Assembly: GCF_963921235.1 (NCBI RefSeq)
Contig: NC_086097.1
Span: forward strand, 1 to 64,000
Direction: 5' to 3'
Origin: Mobula hypostoma
Taxonomy: Eukaryota
DNA: 64,000 nt
Under the pieces are notes generated by a model. It ran no database searches, was not told the DNA's origin, and saw only the letters and a program-made list of their open reading frames with translations. The position numbers were made by a program, and so were the translations under genes. Positions 63,737 through 64,000 of this stretch are shown here, piece after piece (within the stretch, counting starts at the first letter, position 1; each line of letters opens with the position of its first letter).

Positions 63737-64000
63737 AACAACAGGAATTCTGCAGATGCTGGAAATTCAAGTAACACACATCAAAGTTGCTGGTAAACAC
63801 AGCAGGCCAGGCAGCATCTATTGGAAGAGTTTCAGTCCACGTTTCAGGCCGAGACCCTTCGTCAGAACTAACTGAAGGAAGAGTTAGTGAGAAATTTGAA
63901 AGTGAGGGGGGAGGGGGAGATCCAAAATGATAGGAGAAGACAGGAGGAGGAGGGGGAGGGATGGAGCCAAGAGTTGGACAGGTGATTGGCAAAGGGGATA
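63737..64000 (-). mobile_element. Penelope terminal repeat with minimal hammerhead ribozyme motif
   Basis: Reverse complement of 45350-45606; minus strand CTGACGAAGGGTCTCGGCCTGAAACG at ~63840-63865. Confidence 0.82.

Overview
Left end of a vertebrate chromosome, most likely a cartilaginous fish. That assignment is an inference from the TTAGGG telomere, a V-SINE/HE1-like SINE, abundant CR1 and hammerhead-bearing Penelope fragments. Bases 1-7333 are a (CCCTAA)n telomere. Bases 7334-35590 are a strictly polarised head-to-tail array of one Penelope-like retroelement (PLE) family: two 3' fragments, eight internally deleted units and one originally full-length unit. The element has a Pro/Ser-rich + SGNH-hydrolase ORF1, a canonical U_UUA_AAC -1 slippery site, and an RT + Cys-rich linker + GIY-YIG ORF2 (Neptune-like). 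Every unit ends in about 3 CCCTAA repeats with its 5' end facing the telomere. The innermost unit abuts a short relic telomere tract (35536-35590) beside a 14-bp satellite. This is the geometry expected if element RNA anneals to the G-strand chromosome end and is reverse-transcribed onto it. The full-length unit is interrupted by a Gypsy element that itself contains a CR1. The proximal 27 kb is decayed TEs (L1/Tx1, CR1, Gmr1-like, solo LTR, SINEs, other Penelope fragments) plus one host exon, a KASH-domain terminal exon most like nesprin-3 (SYNE3). No TE ORF in the window is intact. All calls are from reading motifs by eye; no database search was run.
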